The notes under the pieces were generated by a model. It ran no database searches. It was given only the letters and a program-made list of their open reading frames with translations, and was not told where the DNA came from. A stretch of 32,000 nt of DNA from Promethearchaeota archaeon (GTDB lineage: Archaea; Asgardarchaeota; Hermodarchaeia; Hermodarchaeales; Hermodarchaeaceae): contig JBHLMI010000017.1 of NCBI GenBank assembly GCA_048938295.1, forward strand, positions 1-32,000. The letters are read 5' to 3'. This document shows positions 23,699 to 32,000 of the stretch, piece by piece (the stretch's first letter is position 1; the number at the start of each line of letters is the position of its first letter). A program made the translations under genes and the position numbers.

Positions 23699-24703
23699 AT
23701 GTCAGACCAATCAATAGTAAATTATGTAACGAAGTTGATTAGGGGTCTAGAAACACGGGGTATTGATTTTGTAGTTTCAGAAGGTGCTCTAGGGTGTAAC
23801 GTTACTGAAATTTTTGTTACAGAAGCTCATGAACTTATCATATTCCCTTTGGATTCACTCGATACGGTTTCGATTCAGTGGATATTACAAGTGCGAACTC
23901 CATTAAATATTCGAATCACACTTTTTTCCTCAGAGGTACCAAAATTAAAAATCCAAGTGTGTAACGCAATAAAAAAACTCACACAAGATGGTGTAGAAAT
24001 TCCTCAAACTCAGCAATCTCTCTCAATCCAAGATTTAACAGAAACTAACATTAACCGATTCCTTGGCTCCCTTGAAAACTGGGCAAATATAAAAACGAAT
24101 GGAAGACCCCTCCCGGATGTAAAAATATCAAAATCTTTACCTGAGTCCGAAGAGGAATATAGCAGTTCAAATGAGCAAAACCGAGAAGACTTGCACGTTC
24201 ATCTAAGAAATGCCATCAAGACCTATTGGACAGAGCGATATTTTGCCAGATATATGAGTATTCCCCTACAGAAGGTTAAAGAATTAGCTGAAAAAATTGG
24301 AATACAACGCGAAGTATGCGGGCATGAAACCTTGTATTTCTTCAACAGAAAAAGAGCACTAGAGACTTACTTCGCACATATTATCAAATGCATTCTGAAT
24401 GAATTAAATCTGAAATACCAGGAGACATCTATGCACGACTTTTCTCTCCCGGACTTGCATCTCAGAATTCATTTCTTTGAAGGAGAGAAAGAACAGCTAA
24501 AGATCCTGGCTAGTGAATACGTTCAAAATCGTGATCTGATTGTTATAACGCCCGAATCATTACGTAAGGCGATTGGGCTGATTCAGGATGATATCTTTCA
24601 GGTGATGCCCCTAGACCAAGATAAGATTAAGGCTACTCTAATTAAAATCGTACGCCAAAGGATTGATTATATACCTGCATACTCATCAGGAATAATTCAA
24701 TAG
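23699..24703 (+). CDS. Hypothetical protein
   Basis: 334 aa soluble ORF with a central acidic linker and an HTH-like segment (TERYFARYMSIPLQKVKELAEKIG). Confidence 0.6.
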   Translation: MSDQSIVNYVTKLIRGLETRGIDFVVSEGALGCNVTEIFVTEAHELIIFPLDSLDTVSIQWILQVRTPLNIRITLFSSEVPKLKIQVCNAIKKLTQDGVEIPQTQQSLSIQDLTETNINRFLGSLENWANIKTNGRPLPDVKISKSLPESEEEYSSSNEQNREDLHVHLRNAIKTYWTERYFARYMSIPLQKVKELAEKIGIQREVCGHETLYFFNRKRALETYFAHIIKCILNELNLKYQETSMHDFSLPDLHLRIHFFEGEKEQLKILASEYVQNRDLIVITPESLRKAIGLIQDDIFQVMPLDQDKIKATLIKIVRQRIDYIPAYSSGIIQ

Positions 24704-24792
24704 AAAACAGTCATTTACGCGGCAAGATTGATGAAGGACATAAAGTTTAAATCTCATCTTCCTGATGCCTAGAACCCCGGTGGGGACTAAAC

Positions 24793-25566
24793 ATGATCGA
24801 GATAATCTGGCTAAAAGAGGTCAAGGATCTTCGAGATCCAATAGCACTTGTTGGCATGCCAGGCATTGCTAGTGTGGGAAAATTGGCCATTGAAGTTCTT
24901 ATCCGGAGTCTAAAAGCCGAACCCATAGTTCAGGTTCTTTCTGATGATTTCCCCCCCCATGTAATGATTAACGAAGAAGGCATGATGAAAATCCCTGAAT
25001 GTCAAATTTACCTGCATAAAAATTCTAATGCAAATCATGATATTTTACTCGTTTCAGGTGATTTTCAGCCATCAACCTCACAGGGCATATATGAGTTCTC
25101 GGACAGAATTGCGGAAACATTCAAGAAGCTTAATGTGAGTAAAGTTGCTGCAACGGGTGCATATGTTCCTGGCGAATACCCCGAAAATCCAAAGGTCTTT
25201 GTCTCATCTACAGGAACGAAATTTCAGGAATTTTTCACCGGGCTTGACTATATCGAACCAATGTCTGACGGAGTCATAAACGGGGCTAATGGGGTAATCC
25301 CTGCTTGGGCTAATCTAAAGTACGGCATCGAAGGTGTATGCCTATTGGCAGAAACAGTGCCTTTATTGCGCTTGGACCCGAGAGCCTCCAAATTAATTGT
25401 GAAGGTTCTCAATGACCGATTCAATATCAACGCCGATGTATCGGAGCTGGACCAAAAGATAGAGGAAATGAAAGGCATTTTCGCTCAAGTAAAATATCAT
25501 CTTCTTCAACAAAGAGAACGCCAAGAACCACGCGATGAATCAGAAAGTGCCAGTTACATTGGCTAG
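24793..25566 (+). CDS. PAC2-family proteasome assembly chaperone
   Basis: PIALVGMPGIASVGKLA, DFPPHV, LLVSGDFQP, GANGVIP, GVCLLAET, DPRASK, DVSELDQK. Confidence 0.88.
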   Translation: MIEIIWLKEVKDLRDPIALVGMPGIASVGKLAIEVLIRSLKAEPIVQVLSDDFPPHVMINEEGMMKIPECQIYLHKNSNANHDILLVSGDFQPSTSQGIYEFSDRIAETFKKLNVSKVAATGAYVPGEYPENPKVFVSSTGTKFQEFFTGLDYIEPMSDGVINGANGVIPAWANLKYGIEGVCLLAETVPLLRLDPRASKLIVKVLNDRFNINADVSELDQKIEEMKGIFAQVKYHLLQQRERQEPRDESESASYIG

Positions 25567-25596
25567 GACAGGGTTGTCTTAATCTGAGGGTAAATT

Positions 25597-26202
25597 ATGG
25601 GATTGCTATCCGCACTCATGAAAATAATATTGACCTTTCTCGGAATAGCAGTCGTATTGCTAATAATCGATTTCTTCCTTTTTCAATCACAAAATATCAC
25701 TGCGCTCTTGACCGCAATACAACTCGCGTTTACATTAAATCAACTCGCTAGCTGGGGCATACTGATACTCATTATCTCAATCATTGCTCTCATAGGAGGA
25801 TTACTCTTCTACAGACGGAGACTTTTCATACGAAATCTAAAAAATGAGCTCAACGAGGCAGAACGAATTACTCTAATCGAACTTGCACAAAGATTAGAGG
25901 AAAAACCCGCAAGAATCGAAGTGGAACTGAATCGAATGGCTAATTCCAAAGTTACACGGTTCCAAGGTCTCCTGATTATTTCCCAAGGCAAGCATGTCTA
26001 TATCGGAGAGAAACTACTTAAAGAAATAGTAGAGTCTTACAACGAGGGCCAGCCACGTGGAGAAATCGCGAATGCTCTTCAAATAAGCCGATCGGAACTA
26101 GACAAAACAATTGAACTCCTCATCGATAAAGAAGAGATTGAGGAACGCGAAGAAAAAGTAACGCGAAAAGTCCGTCCAAGCTATCGACGTGGTACCCGGT
26201 AA
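25597..26202 (+). CDS. Membrane-anchored tandem winged-helix protein (DDRGK/PCI-like)
   Basis: Two N-terminal TM helices ending in RRR, then RITLIELAQRL..GLLIISQGKHVYIGEKLL and a second HTH GEIANALQISRSELDKTIELL. Confidence 0.55.
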   Translation: MGLLSALMKIILTFLGIAVVLLIIDFFLFQSQNITALLTAIQLAFTLNQLASWGILILIISIIALIGGLLFYRRRLFIRNLKNELNEAERITLIELAQRLEEKPARIEVELNRMANSKVTRFQGLLIISQGKHVYIGEKLLKEIVESYNEGQPRGEIANALQISRSELDKTIELLIDKEEIEEREEKVTRKVRPSYRRGTR

Positions 26203-26230
26203 ATACCCCTGACAACAAGAAGGGAAATGG

Positions 26231-27070
26231 ATGAAGAAATGGCAGTCGGCTAATCGACCAGAAACATCCGATAGAATCCAATATCACATCGGGCTAAGAC
26301 CTGAGGACATCACATCATCTGTTCTCTTACCCGGTGATCCTGCTCGTGCTACATTAATTTCTAACCTATGGGATTCAGCGAAACAGATGGCTAACAAACG
26401 GAATTACGTAACCTATACGGGTCTTTACAAAAAAACCCCAATTACCACAACATCCACGGGAATCGGTTGTCCTGCAACGGCAATTGCCATCGAAGAACTA
26501 GCCTCAATTGGCGCCAAAACCCTAATTCGGGTAGGTAGCTCCGGGGCTATCCAAGAAAATATCAGCTGCGGTGACTTAATAATTACCACAGGCGCAGTCC
26601 GGTATGATGGTACAAGTTCGCAATACGTCAACCCACAATATCCCGCTTTTGCCAACCATCAAGTTATCCTTGCCCTCATTGAAGCTGCTGAAAACTTTGG
26701 GTACCCTTATCATGTTGGAATAACCTGCAGTACGGATAGCTTTTACACTGGCCAAGGACGACCGGGATTCAATAATTACTGGCAATCACACATGGACAAC
26801 ATAATCCCCGATTTGAGGGCAGCTCAGGTGTTAAACTTCGAGATGGAATGCTCAATACTGTTGACACTTACAAATCTTTTCGGATTACGAGGTGGAGCCG
26901 TCTGTGCAGTGTTTGCTAACCGAGTGACTGATGAGTTTGCGGTATTAGGCGAAACAGAGGTCAGCAAAACCGCTTGCGAAGCTGTAAAAATCCTCGCGGA
27001 ATGGGATGATCAATTAGATAAAACAGACAAAAAGACTTGGTTTCCAAGCCTGAGAACTGGGCCCAAATGA
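26231..27070 (+). CDS. udp: Uridine phosphorylase (PNP/UDP family nucleoside phosphorylase)
   Basis: QYHIGL, LLPGDPAR, STGIGCP..AIAIEEL, IRVGSSG, DSFYTGQGR, NFEME. Confidence 0.88.
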   Translation: MKKWQSANRPETSDRIQYHIGLRPEDITSSVLLPGDPARATLISNLWDSAKQMANKRNYVTYTGLYKKTPITTTSTGIGCPATAIAIEELASIGAKTLIRVGSSGAIQENISCGDLIITTGAVRYDGTSSQYVNPQYPAFANHQVILALIEAAENFGYPYHVGITCSTDSFYTGQGRPGFNNYWQSHMDNIIPDLRAAQVLNFEMECSILLTLTNLFGLRGGAVCAVFANRVTDEFAVLGETEVSKTACEAVKILAEWDDQLDKTDKKTWFPSLRTGPK

Positions 27071-27072
27071 AG

Positions 27073-27201
27073 TGGTAGCTCGGCGCGGATTCGAACCGCG
27101 GTCCCGGGGTATCTTCACTGTTTTTGAAAATTATAGTTCCAAAGCCCCGGATGATTGACCAATGTACATACTCATCAATGAGTAATCTACACTACCGAGC
27201 T
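27073..27201 (-). tRNA. tRNA-Gln(TTG) with two introns (D loop 16/17 and canonical 37/38); CCA encoded
   Basis: Acceptor AGCTCGG/CCGAGCT (A1-U72), anticodon CGGGG-CTTTGG|A-CCCCG, T arm CGCGG-TTCGAAT-CCGCG. Introns at 27111-27138 (28 nt) and 27163-27185 (23 nt, or 25 nt ending at 27161). Confidence 0.92.
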
Positions 27202-27267
27202 TATGAATTCACTGAGGCGATTCTTTTCTTTAGTGCTTCTTGAGTCTTTCGGCTTTTGAAGGACTTG

Positions 27268-29007
27268 CTATTCCGCAATTTCCTCTCGCAAAGATAACAG
27301 GATTCTATCCATTCGTCCTACGGCTTTATCCCGGCGTTTCTCCAAGTCTTTCTGGAGCTTCTGGTAGACGGAAGCTGTAATCCGCTTTTGCCTGTAACGC
27401 TGTTCAAGGGCATGAAGTGCTTCAATTGCACTGACTCTTTCTGCTTCCATCAGCTCAAGTTGACGAACACTGGATTCATACTTTCCACCAGCGTCAATTA
27501 ACGATTGGCTTCTGCTTGCTAATTCCTGGTCAAGTGCACGAAGTTTCTTTTCGAAGCTCTTTTTCTCCTTTCGGTATCTCGGTTTAGAAATCTTTCCTTG
27601 AAGCATGGTCTTTTCTAGCCTTTCTGACTGCAGTAAGAGGGCAATTTTTTCACCATATAACGCACAAAATTCGCTAAGAATTGCTGGATCAACTTCTGCA
27701 GCTACTACGATCTCTTCCTCCTCCTCACGGAAAAAGGGTACATGTCTAACTATAACATAACCGAGACAGAAAATCCCCACAAGAAGGAAGAGGACTACCG
27801 GTCGAATAAAAGCTTGTGAAAGCGGATACACATAGTTAAGTCTAACTTCACTCTGGGTGATGGAAGTGACATTATTAGCTCTAATGGAAACCAGGTATTG
27901 CCCTGTCGGAGAAATCGATGTCATAGCCCCAAGAGGAACACCTTGAAGCCAGCTTCCGATTGGAAGCAAGAATTCTGTTGTCTGTTGCTCAATTAGGAAG
28001 GGATATTCAAGATACAGGTCTAAAAATAACAATTGACCAGTTTGTAACACTAATTGGTTATGATCGAGAGGAATCCGGTATTCAAAATAGAAAGTGTAGG
28101 TATCTCCCTTTTCTAAGTGATATTGAAAGTTAACATTGATTATCCCTGGATCAAAAATACTGGCGGGAGTTTCGATTTGGCTAGATAAGTTTGTTACACT
28201 ATCATAAACTCTAAGAAATTGGCTACCTGGAGGCAACAGAAGTTGGATTGACTGCCAGACTCTATCAACATTTGAGAAACGGGGGTTATCACTATTCACT
28301 TGAAGCGTGTGTTCTTCATGAGCAAAGAGATATCCCCACGGATCGATCGAAAACTGTCGATGGAGTTCTGAATACGTAATTAAAGGAAAGAACTCAGCAG
28401 AATCGAACTCAAGATTAGATATTCCCCACTCAAATGAAAAAGGATGAAGATCACTCCCGGACCATAGAGTGCGAGTAGGCGCTGTAAAAACTTCGACATA
28501 AGTAAATCTTGTCTCATAGCTCTGGATGAAGTAAGGGCTAGTGGGTTTTACAGGAACTGCAATTTTAGCCTTCTCTCCTGTCTGGGAAGTCAGACCAGTT
28601 ATTGCCATCTGAGCTTTTATTGTGGTATTCTGGCTAGGCATAACCGGGGTGTGTAAAAAGATCTGCCATCCTGTACAGTTGGGGCCAATAATTGGAACAC
28701 GTTGGAAAAGCAGTGAGGTGCCATTCAAAGTTTCAGCTCGAAACTCCTTGACACTATTAATTTCAGAGAGGGGGTATGCTGTCAAGAATGAAAAAGCTGG
28801 TTCTGGTCCAGGATTATAGATCGTAATAGTGTCAGTCACGAGTGTCATTCCATAGGTCTCATAATAGACATCTCGGTCTATGTCTGTAATTATTAACTGC
28901 GAACCACTTCCACCTACAGGCAGCCCAAGAGCTAGAATCATAGGCAAACAGATGAGAATAAGTAGAAACGCGACTCTAGTCTTCAAAGACACACGCACCG
29001 ATGCCAA
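27268..29007 (-). CDS. Ribophorin I (OST1/RPN1) homologue
   Basis: Signal peptide; two aminopeptidase-N-like lumenal domains (IDRDV..TDTITIYNPG; ELHRQFSIDPWGYLFAHEEH; LPPGSQ..VYDSVTNL; YTFYFEYRIPL; EFLLPIG); one TM helix; C-terminal cytosolic helical bundle. Confidence 0.85.
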   Translation of the reverse strand: MASVRVSLKTRVAFLLILICLPMILALGLPVGGSGSQLIITDIDRDVYYETYGMTLVTDTITIYNPGPEPAFSFLTAYPLSEINSVKEFRAETLNGTSLLFQRVPIIGPNCTGWQIFLHTPVMPSQNTTIKAQMAITGLTSQTGEKAKIAVPVKPTSPYFIQSYETRFTYVEVFTAPTRTLWSGSDLHPFSFEWGISNLEFDSAEFFPLITYSELHRQFSIDPWGYLFAHEEHTLQVNSDNPRFSNVDRVWQSIQLLLPPGSQFLRVYDSVTNLSSQIETPASIFDPGIINVNFQYHLEKGDTYTFYFEYRIPLDHNQLVLQTGQLLFLDLYLEYPFLIEQQTTEFLLPIGSWLQGVPLGAMTSISPTGQYLVSIRANNVTSITQSEVRLNYVYPLSQAFIRPVVLFLLVGIFCLGYVIVRHVPFFREEEEEIVVAAEVDPAILSEFCALYGEKIALLLQSERLEKTMLQGKISKPRYRKEKKSFEKKLRALDQELASRSQSLIDAGGKYESSVRQLELMEAERVSAIEALHALEQRYRQKRITASVYQKLQKDLEKRRDKAVGRMDRILLSLREEIAE

Positions 29008-29195
29008 GTTTCGATTTGTCGATTCCGTTCACGTATTTAACTTTGTCGTTGTGTGCCCTGCCTGTGGGCTGGGAAAAATCGTTAGATTTCTTATCTAAGC
29101 CTTCACTCTGTGGTTTTTTGATAAAAAAAGCGCAACAACAAATCGTTCTACTAAAACCACCCAATTTCGTGTCTGCACCATTTTCTTAACGAAGT

Positions 29196-29963
29196 CTATT
29201 CTAAGGGCTTTTTCCATGAGTTGGGTATTTTATCTTGTATCTTTGCAGGTACCCCAAATACAATGGCTTTAGGAGGCACGTTCTTGGTTACGACGGCTCC
29301 AGCTCCTACAACAGCTTCTGCTCCAATTTCGATATTTGGCATAATTACAGCTCCTGCTCCAACGCTTACACCTTCTCGTAATATCGGGCCATGAAGGTCG
29401 TATCGTGTTCTCATAACATATTTATCGTTGGTAAGAATGCAGCTAGGTCCAAGGAAGACATGGTTTTCAATATGGGTATTCCATGGAATGTATGCATTGG
29501 ATTGGATTGATACCTTGCTTCCTATGGATGAGTTGCCATCGATTATCACACCAGTTCCGACAGTAGTGCCCTCGCCAATGGTGACTTTTTCACGTATTAA
29601 CACATTATGTCCTAAACGCACATTATTTCCCACTTGAGAACCTGCGTATATCATTGATCCCGATCGAATTATACATTCATGGCCAATTCTAGTGGACTCC
29701 AAGCCAATCCAAGGGGATTCAATTTTTCCTTGCTGAAAATCTCGGATTAAGCTCTGGGGAGGAAACCCGATTGTTGTCCTTTCACCAATAAAGGCTTGGT
29801 TTCCAATCAGAGCGGGTCCTTGAATAAAACAACCTGGTCCGAAGTAGCATCTCTCTCCACTTTCAACAGTCCCTCTTACTTGAACAAAGGCCTCTATTAG
29901 ACAGCCTGGCCCAAGATTTATTTCTCCTTCAAGAACTGCGCTAGGATGTATTCTTTCTTTCAA
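29196..29963 (-). CDS. Hexapeptide-repeat sugar-nucleotide N-acetyltransferase (WbpD/WlbB-like)
   Basis: Left-handed beta-helix repeats, IGSKVSIQSNAYIP, VFLGPSCILTNDKY, VSVGAGAVIMP..IGAEAVVGAGAVVTKNVP..GVPAK. Confidence 0.85.
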   Translation of the reverse strand: MKERIHPSAVLEGEINLGPGCLIEAFVQVRGTVESGERCYFGPGCFIQGPALIGNQAFIGERTTIGFPPQSLIRDFQQGKIESPWIGLESTRIGHECIIRSGSMIYAGSQVGNNVRLGHNVLIREKVTIGEGTTVGTGVIIDGNSSIGSKVSIQSNAYIPWNTHIENHVFLGPSCILTNDKYVMRTRYDLHGPILREGVSVGAGAVIMPNIEIGAEAVVGAGAVVTKNVPPKAIVFGVPAKIQDKIPNSWKKPLE

Positions 29964-30922
29964 TGGGCATGAAACTCCTCAAGATAGATAATTTTCTTTC
30001 TTCGAGCACTTTCAAGGGCTGCTTCTGCAATGCGAAGGGCTTCTAGCCCATCAGTGCCAGAAGTAAAGGGGGGTTGGTGTTCTGTAATACTTTTCACAAA
30101 GTGGCTAAGTTCTCGTTTTAATGGTTCATCCCATGCAGAATTGGATTTTTGTTCCCATTGACTAGTACCGATTGTAACTTCTTGTGAAATGTAATCTAAC
30201 GAGATGACGCCTTCGGAGCCTGTAATGTTTAATCCGCGAAGCTTTCGGGGGGTTAGCCAGTTGCATTCTAGGAAAAATGTTGGTTTATCGTTGAAACGAA
30301 TCACGATGTTGGCATGATCTTCATATTTGTGATACAAGTTCCCGGCGATTGCGTACACTGCTGTCGCCTCCTGCTTGACTAAGAATCGAGAGATGTCGAT
30401 ATCATGAATGGCCATGTCTTTGATTATTCCAATGTCTGCTACTCGACCAGGGACGAATGGACCTAGCCTGCGGGATGATCCCAACACAAGTTCACCGATT
30501 TTTCCTTGGTCAATGAATTCAGCTGCGGTCTTCACAGAGGGGTTGAAGCGTTCCACAAAACCTACCATTAACAGTATATTCGCTGCTTTTGCTCCATCTA
30601 TGACCCGTTGGGCTTGACCTACTGTATCCGTCATTGGTTTCTCAAGTAATACATGCTTTCCTGAAGCAATTGCCTCTAAGGCAAGGTCTGCATGCGTAAC
30701 CGTTGGTGTGCAGATGGTTACCGCGTCAATATCCTTGTTTCGGAACAGGTCACTCGGTTGCGTATAATGAATTACTTTGAATTTTTTCGCGAATGATTTA
30801 GCCTTATCCGCATCTCGATCTGCGATGGCAACTAGGTTCGCTTCTTCTAATTCTGAGAAAACCCGTACGTGGTGTTTACCCCAAGCACCAACACCGATTA
30901 CGCCAATTCCTAGAGGATCCAT
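29960..30922 (-). CDS. Gfo/Idh/MocA NAD-dependent oxidoreductase (WbpB/WlbA-like UDP-GlcNAcA 3-dehydrogenase)
   Basis: GVIGVGAWGKHH, ICTPTVTH, HVLLEKP, VGFVERFNP, DMAIHDID, EPLKRELSHF. 4-nt overlap with the acetyltransferase. ATG 30922 preferred (track start is TTG 30934). Confidence 0.85.
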   Translation of the reverse strand: MDPLGIGVIGVGAWGKHHVRVFSELEEANLVAIADRDADKAKSFAKKFKVIHYTQPSDLFRNKDIDAVTICTPTVTHADLALEAIASGKHVLLEKPMTDTVGQAQRVIDGAKAANILLMVGFVERFNPSVKTAAEFIDQGKIGELVLGSSRRLGPFVPGRVADIGIIKDMAIHDIDISRFLVKQEATAVYAIAGNLYHKYEDHANIVIRFNDKPTFFLECNWLTPRKLRGLNITGSEGVISLDYISQEVTIGTSQWEQKSNSAWDEPLKRELSHFVKSITEHQPPFTSGTDGLEALRIAEAALESARRKKIIYLEEFHAH

Positions 30923-31027
30923 TGTTGGCACCAAAGCTACAGGACAGGATAGCCCTAAAAAAGTTACCGATGTTACGTTTAAACCAGTTTAATCGAAACG
31001 ATAATTTAGGAGAATTCCAACAGGAAC

Positions 31028-31858
31028 TTGATGATTATGTCCCTCTCTGAACCGATGGCGAAACTCCGTCAACTAGGTCTTACAGAGTACGAAACACAAG
31101 CCTATTTGGTCTTGATTCAAGGAACACAGTTGAATGCTGAAGAAGTAGCTCGTAACGCGAATATTCCTATCCCACGTGTATACGGAGTTTTAGAAAGCCT
31201 TAGAGATTTAGGTCTAATTGTAATACTCGAAGGACGCCCCAAGAAGTACGAAATAATCAGCCCTGAGGAGGGCTTTCAAAACCTAATAGAACTAAGAAAA
31301 CGTGCTGCAGACGAATCCTTGCGCCAGCTTGAAGAAACAACTCAAGAAGTTAAAGAAGTGCTATCTCCAATCTTTTGGCGAGAACGACTTCGAATAAAGC
31401 CAGAAGATCTCCTTGAGTCATTAGAAAATCTAGCCATAACCGAAAAACAAACAAAGAAATTAATCAAGGAGGCGAAGAATACAATTGATATTTTCACCGA
31501 TGTCTTCAGTTGGTTTGAAGGCGTCGAAAAGCATCTCAGTAGGGCTATAGAGCAGGGAGTGAAAATCCGTGTGCTCATGAATATGGAGCATCCAATTACA
31601 CTATCAACGGTTCAAAAACTCAAATCCATGAAAATCAGTGTTCGTCAGCCATCCGATCTGAAATTTCCGGTCAGGGGAACCCTTGCCGACTCCTCAAGGG
31701 TTGTTTTTCTTATTTGGGCATCTCCAAAGAAAAATCGTCGTTCTCCTCGATACGTTTATCGACCAAGTTTTTCGGCCAATGAAGGAATAGTAGAGATCTT
31801 TCAACAAAGTTTTGAATACCGCTGGCAAATGGCTAAGTCTAAGAGTTTACCGGCTTAA
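31028..31858 (+). CDS. TrmB-family transcriptional regulator
   Basis: LRQLGLTEYETQAYLVL..A.EVA..ANIPIPRVYGVLESL..G.PKKY; C-terminal PLD-like effector domain. Confidence 0.9.
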   Translation: MMIMSLSEPMAKLRQLGLTEYETQAYLVLIQGTQLNAEEVARNANIPIPRVYGVLESLRDLGLIVILEGRPKKYEIISPEEGFQNLIELRKRAADESLRQLEETTQEVKEVLSPIFWRERLRIKPEDLLESLENLAITEKQTKKLIKEAKNTIDIFTDVFSWFEGVEKHLSRAIEQGVKIRVLMNMEHPITLSTVQKLKSMKISVRQPSDLKFPVRGTLADSSRVVFLIWASPKKNRRSPRYVYRPSFSANEGIVEIFQQSFEYRWQMAKSKSLPA

Positions 31859-32000
31859 AATAAGTGAATCTTTTCATTTCATAGCGGAAATATAGCCGTG
31901 TCGAAAAGTGCCACAAAGCAAACCAGCCTGAAATGAATAAAATCCCTGCAATAGGCCAGAAAATACTCTGATAAACATTAATCAAGAAATCTAAGATGGC
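31839..32000 (-). CDS. C-terminal fragment of a membrane protein entering from beyond the window
   Basis: Not in the track. Open frame from 32000: AILDFLINVYQSIFWPIAGILFISGWFALWHFSTRLYFRYEMKRFTYFKPVNS*, with one TM helix. Confidence 0.5.
   Translation of the reverse strand, partial: AILDFLINVYQSIFWPIAGILFISGWFALWHFSTRLYFRYEMKRFTYFKPVNS

Noticed and set aside
24725-24763. TTGATGA...CTGA pair in the spacer before PAC2
   Set aside because: Too short for C-D'-C'-D, and it encloses the probable TTTAAA promoter.
21622-24958. Homopolymer runs A8 in tgtA (21622) and C8 in PAC2 (24951)
   Set aside because: Both genes are in frame and full length; no evidence of slippage or phase variation.
28880-29098. 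ORF containing CPACG (zinc-finger-like)
   Set aside because: Single CxxC, largely antisense to the ribophorin start, no second metal-binding pair.
2607-31578. Many 60-115 aa ORFs antisense to or nested in confident genes (e.g. 2607+, 5889-, 13362-, 20372-, 25248-)
   Set aside because: Shadow frames of well-supported CDSs, with no recognisable motifs.
1-32000. CRISPR array, transposase, integrase or provirus
   Set aside because: No regular repeat-spacer series, no recombinase or transposase motifs, and no duplicated tRNA 3' ends (att sites) beside the three tRNAs.

Overview
Gene-dense archaeal chromosome window with no mobile element or CRISPR array. It is most likely from an Asgard archaeon, inferred from a ribophorin I homologue, roadblock proteins with an MglA-type GTPase, eS25, an SmAP3-type Lsm and FtsZ. 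In order: 5' end of an EF-2 gene, a secreted beta-rich protein, a DUF369 protein, rps25e, a soluble TfrAB-type fumarate reductase facing a split class I fumarate hydratase, a tandem-roadblock / DENN-like / MglA operon, tRNA-Leu, cdrS-ftsZ, a Tad-like pilus locus with an Flp-sized pilin, a divergent TFB, lsm-tgtA, tRNA-Glu, rps17e, a SerK-like kinase, PAC2, a membrane-anchored DDRGK-like winged-helix protein, uridine phosphorylase, tRNA-Gln, ribophorin I, two diacetamido-sugar enzymes and TrmB. All three tRNAs carry introns at non-canonical positions, and tRNA-Gln has two introns. The best candidate for an undescribed system is the roadblock-roadblock / DENN-like / small GTPase operon, which resembles a minimal Ragulator-Rag-folliculin module. 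All family assignments come from motif recognition by eye; no database search was run.
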